This document shows, one piece after another, positions 63,864 through 64,000 of a DNA stretch of 64,000 nucleotides. Both the position numbers and the translations under genes were made by a program. The notes beneath the pieces are model-generated. The model did no database searches, was not told the DNA's origin, and was given only the letters and a program-made list of their open reading frames with translations. Origin of the DNA: a virus (taxonomy: Duplodnaviria > Caudoviricetes); the IMG/VR virus record IMGVR_UViG_2563367078_000003, positions 46,946 through 110,945 of that record; one strand, 5' to 3'. Every line of letters begins with the position of its first letter. Position 1 is the first letter of the stretch.

Positions 63864-64000
63864 TTCTCGCGGAACAGCAGCAGCTTCGCGCGGATCGCGG
63901 CCAGGGCCGTGTCGTCGTCGAGGTCTTCGTCTTCGGCTATCTCGTGCAGCGCTGCGATTAGGTCGTCCTGCTCGAAAAAAAGCTCATCGGTGCCGTTCAC
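63848..64000 (-). CDS. partial hypothetical protein (runs off window)
   Basis: open frame ...EQDDLIAALHEIAEDED...KWERE stop at 63848. Confidence 0.5.
   Translation of the reverse strand: MNGTDELFFEQDDLIAALHEIAEDEDLDDDTALAAIRAKLLLFREKWERE

Noticed and set aside
1-64000. Prophage boundaries / attachment sites
   Set aside because: No integrase, host housekeeping genes or att-like direct repeats seen; the lifestyle cannot be determined from this window.

Overview
This 64-kb window is part of a GC-rich siphovirus infecting a mycolic-acid actinomycete. The lysin, the L5/D29-type minor tail proteins and the accessory genes suggest Nocardia/Rhodococcus/Gordonia, which is an inference. No integrase, rRNA or CRISPR array is visible. 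Layout: (1) 1-10091: mostly + strand small accessory genes, ending in a tandem-HTH gene and a putative immunity + PD-(D/E)XK nuclease toxin pair. (2) 10232-42862: one long - strand late region. In transcription order it holds a secreted cutinase-like hydrolase, HNH, fibre/adaptor genes, terminase, portal, HNH, a protease-capsid fusion, neck/tail genes, a frameshifted chaperone, a 2106-aa tape measure, minor tails and an unusually elaborate lysis cassette (VIT1-like, GH25 lysin, papain-like peptidase, holins, PnuC-like, HKD/PLD enzyme). (3) 42880-43960: a non-coding control and possible genome-end region. (4) 43967-62112: a + strand early-type region of small, often acidic ORFs separated by repeated RNA hairpins and tRNA-like elements. 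(5) A few - strand genes at the right edge. The most striking signals are at the RNA level. First, the main minor-tail gene is interrupted by an in-frame 72-nt insertion that carries a stop codon and folds into a 20-bp hairpin (candidate ribosomal bypass or mini-intron). Second, a ~680-nt structured RNA lies antisense inside the virion operon (40190-40866). Third, a ~840-nt structured RNA sits at the head of the early operon (44940-45780). Family assignments come from motif recognition and recall, not from database searches.
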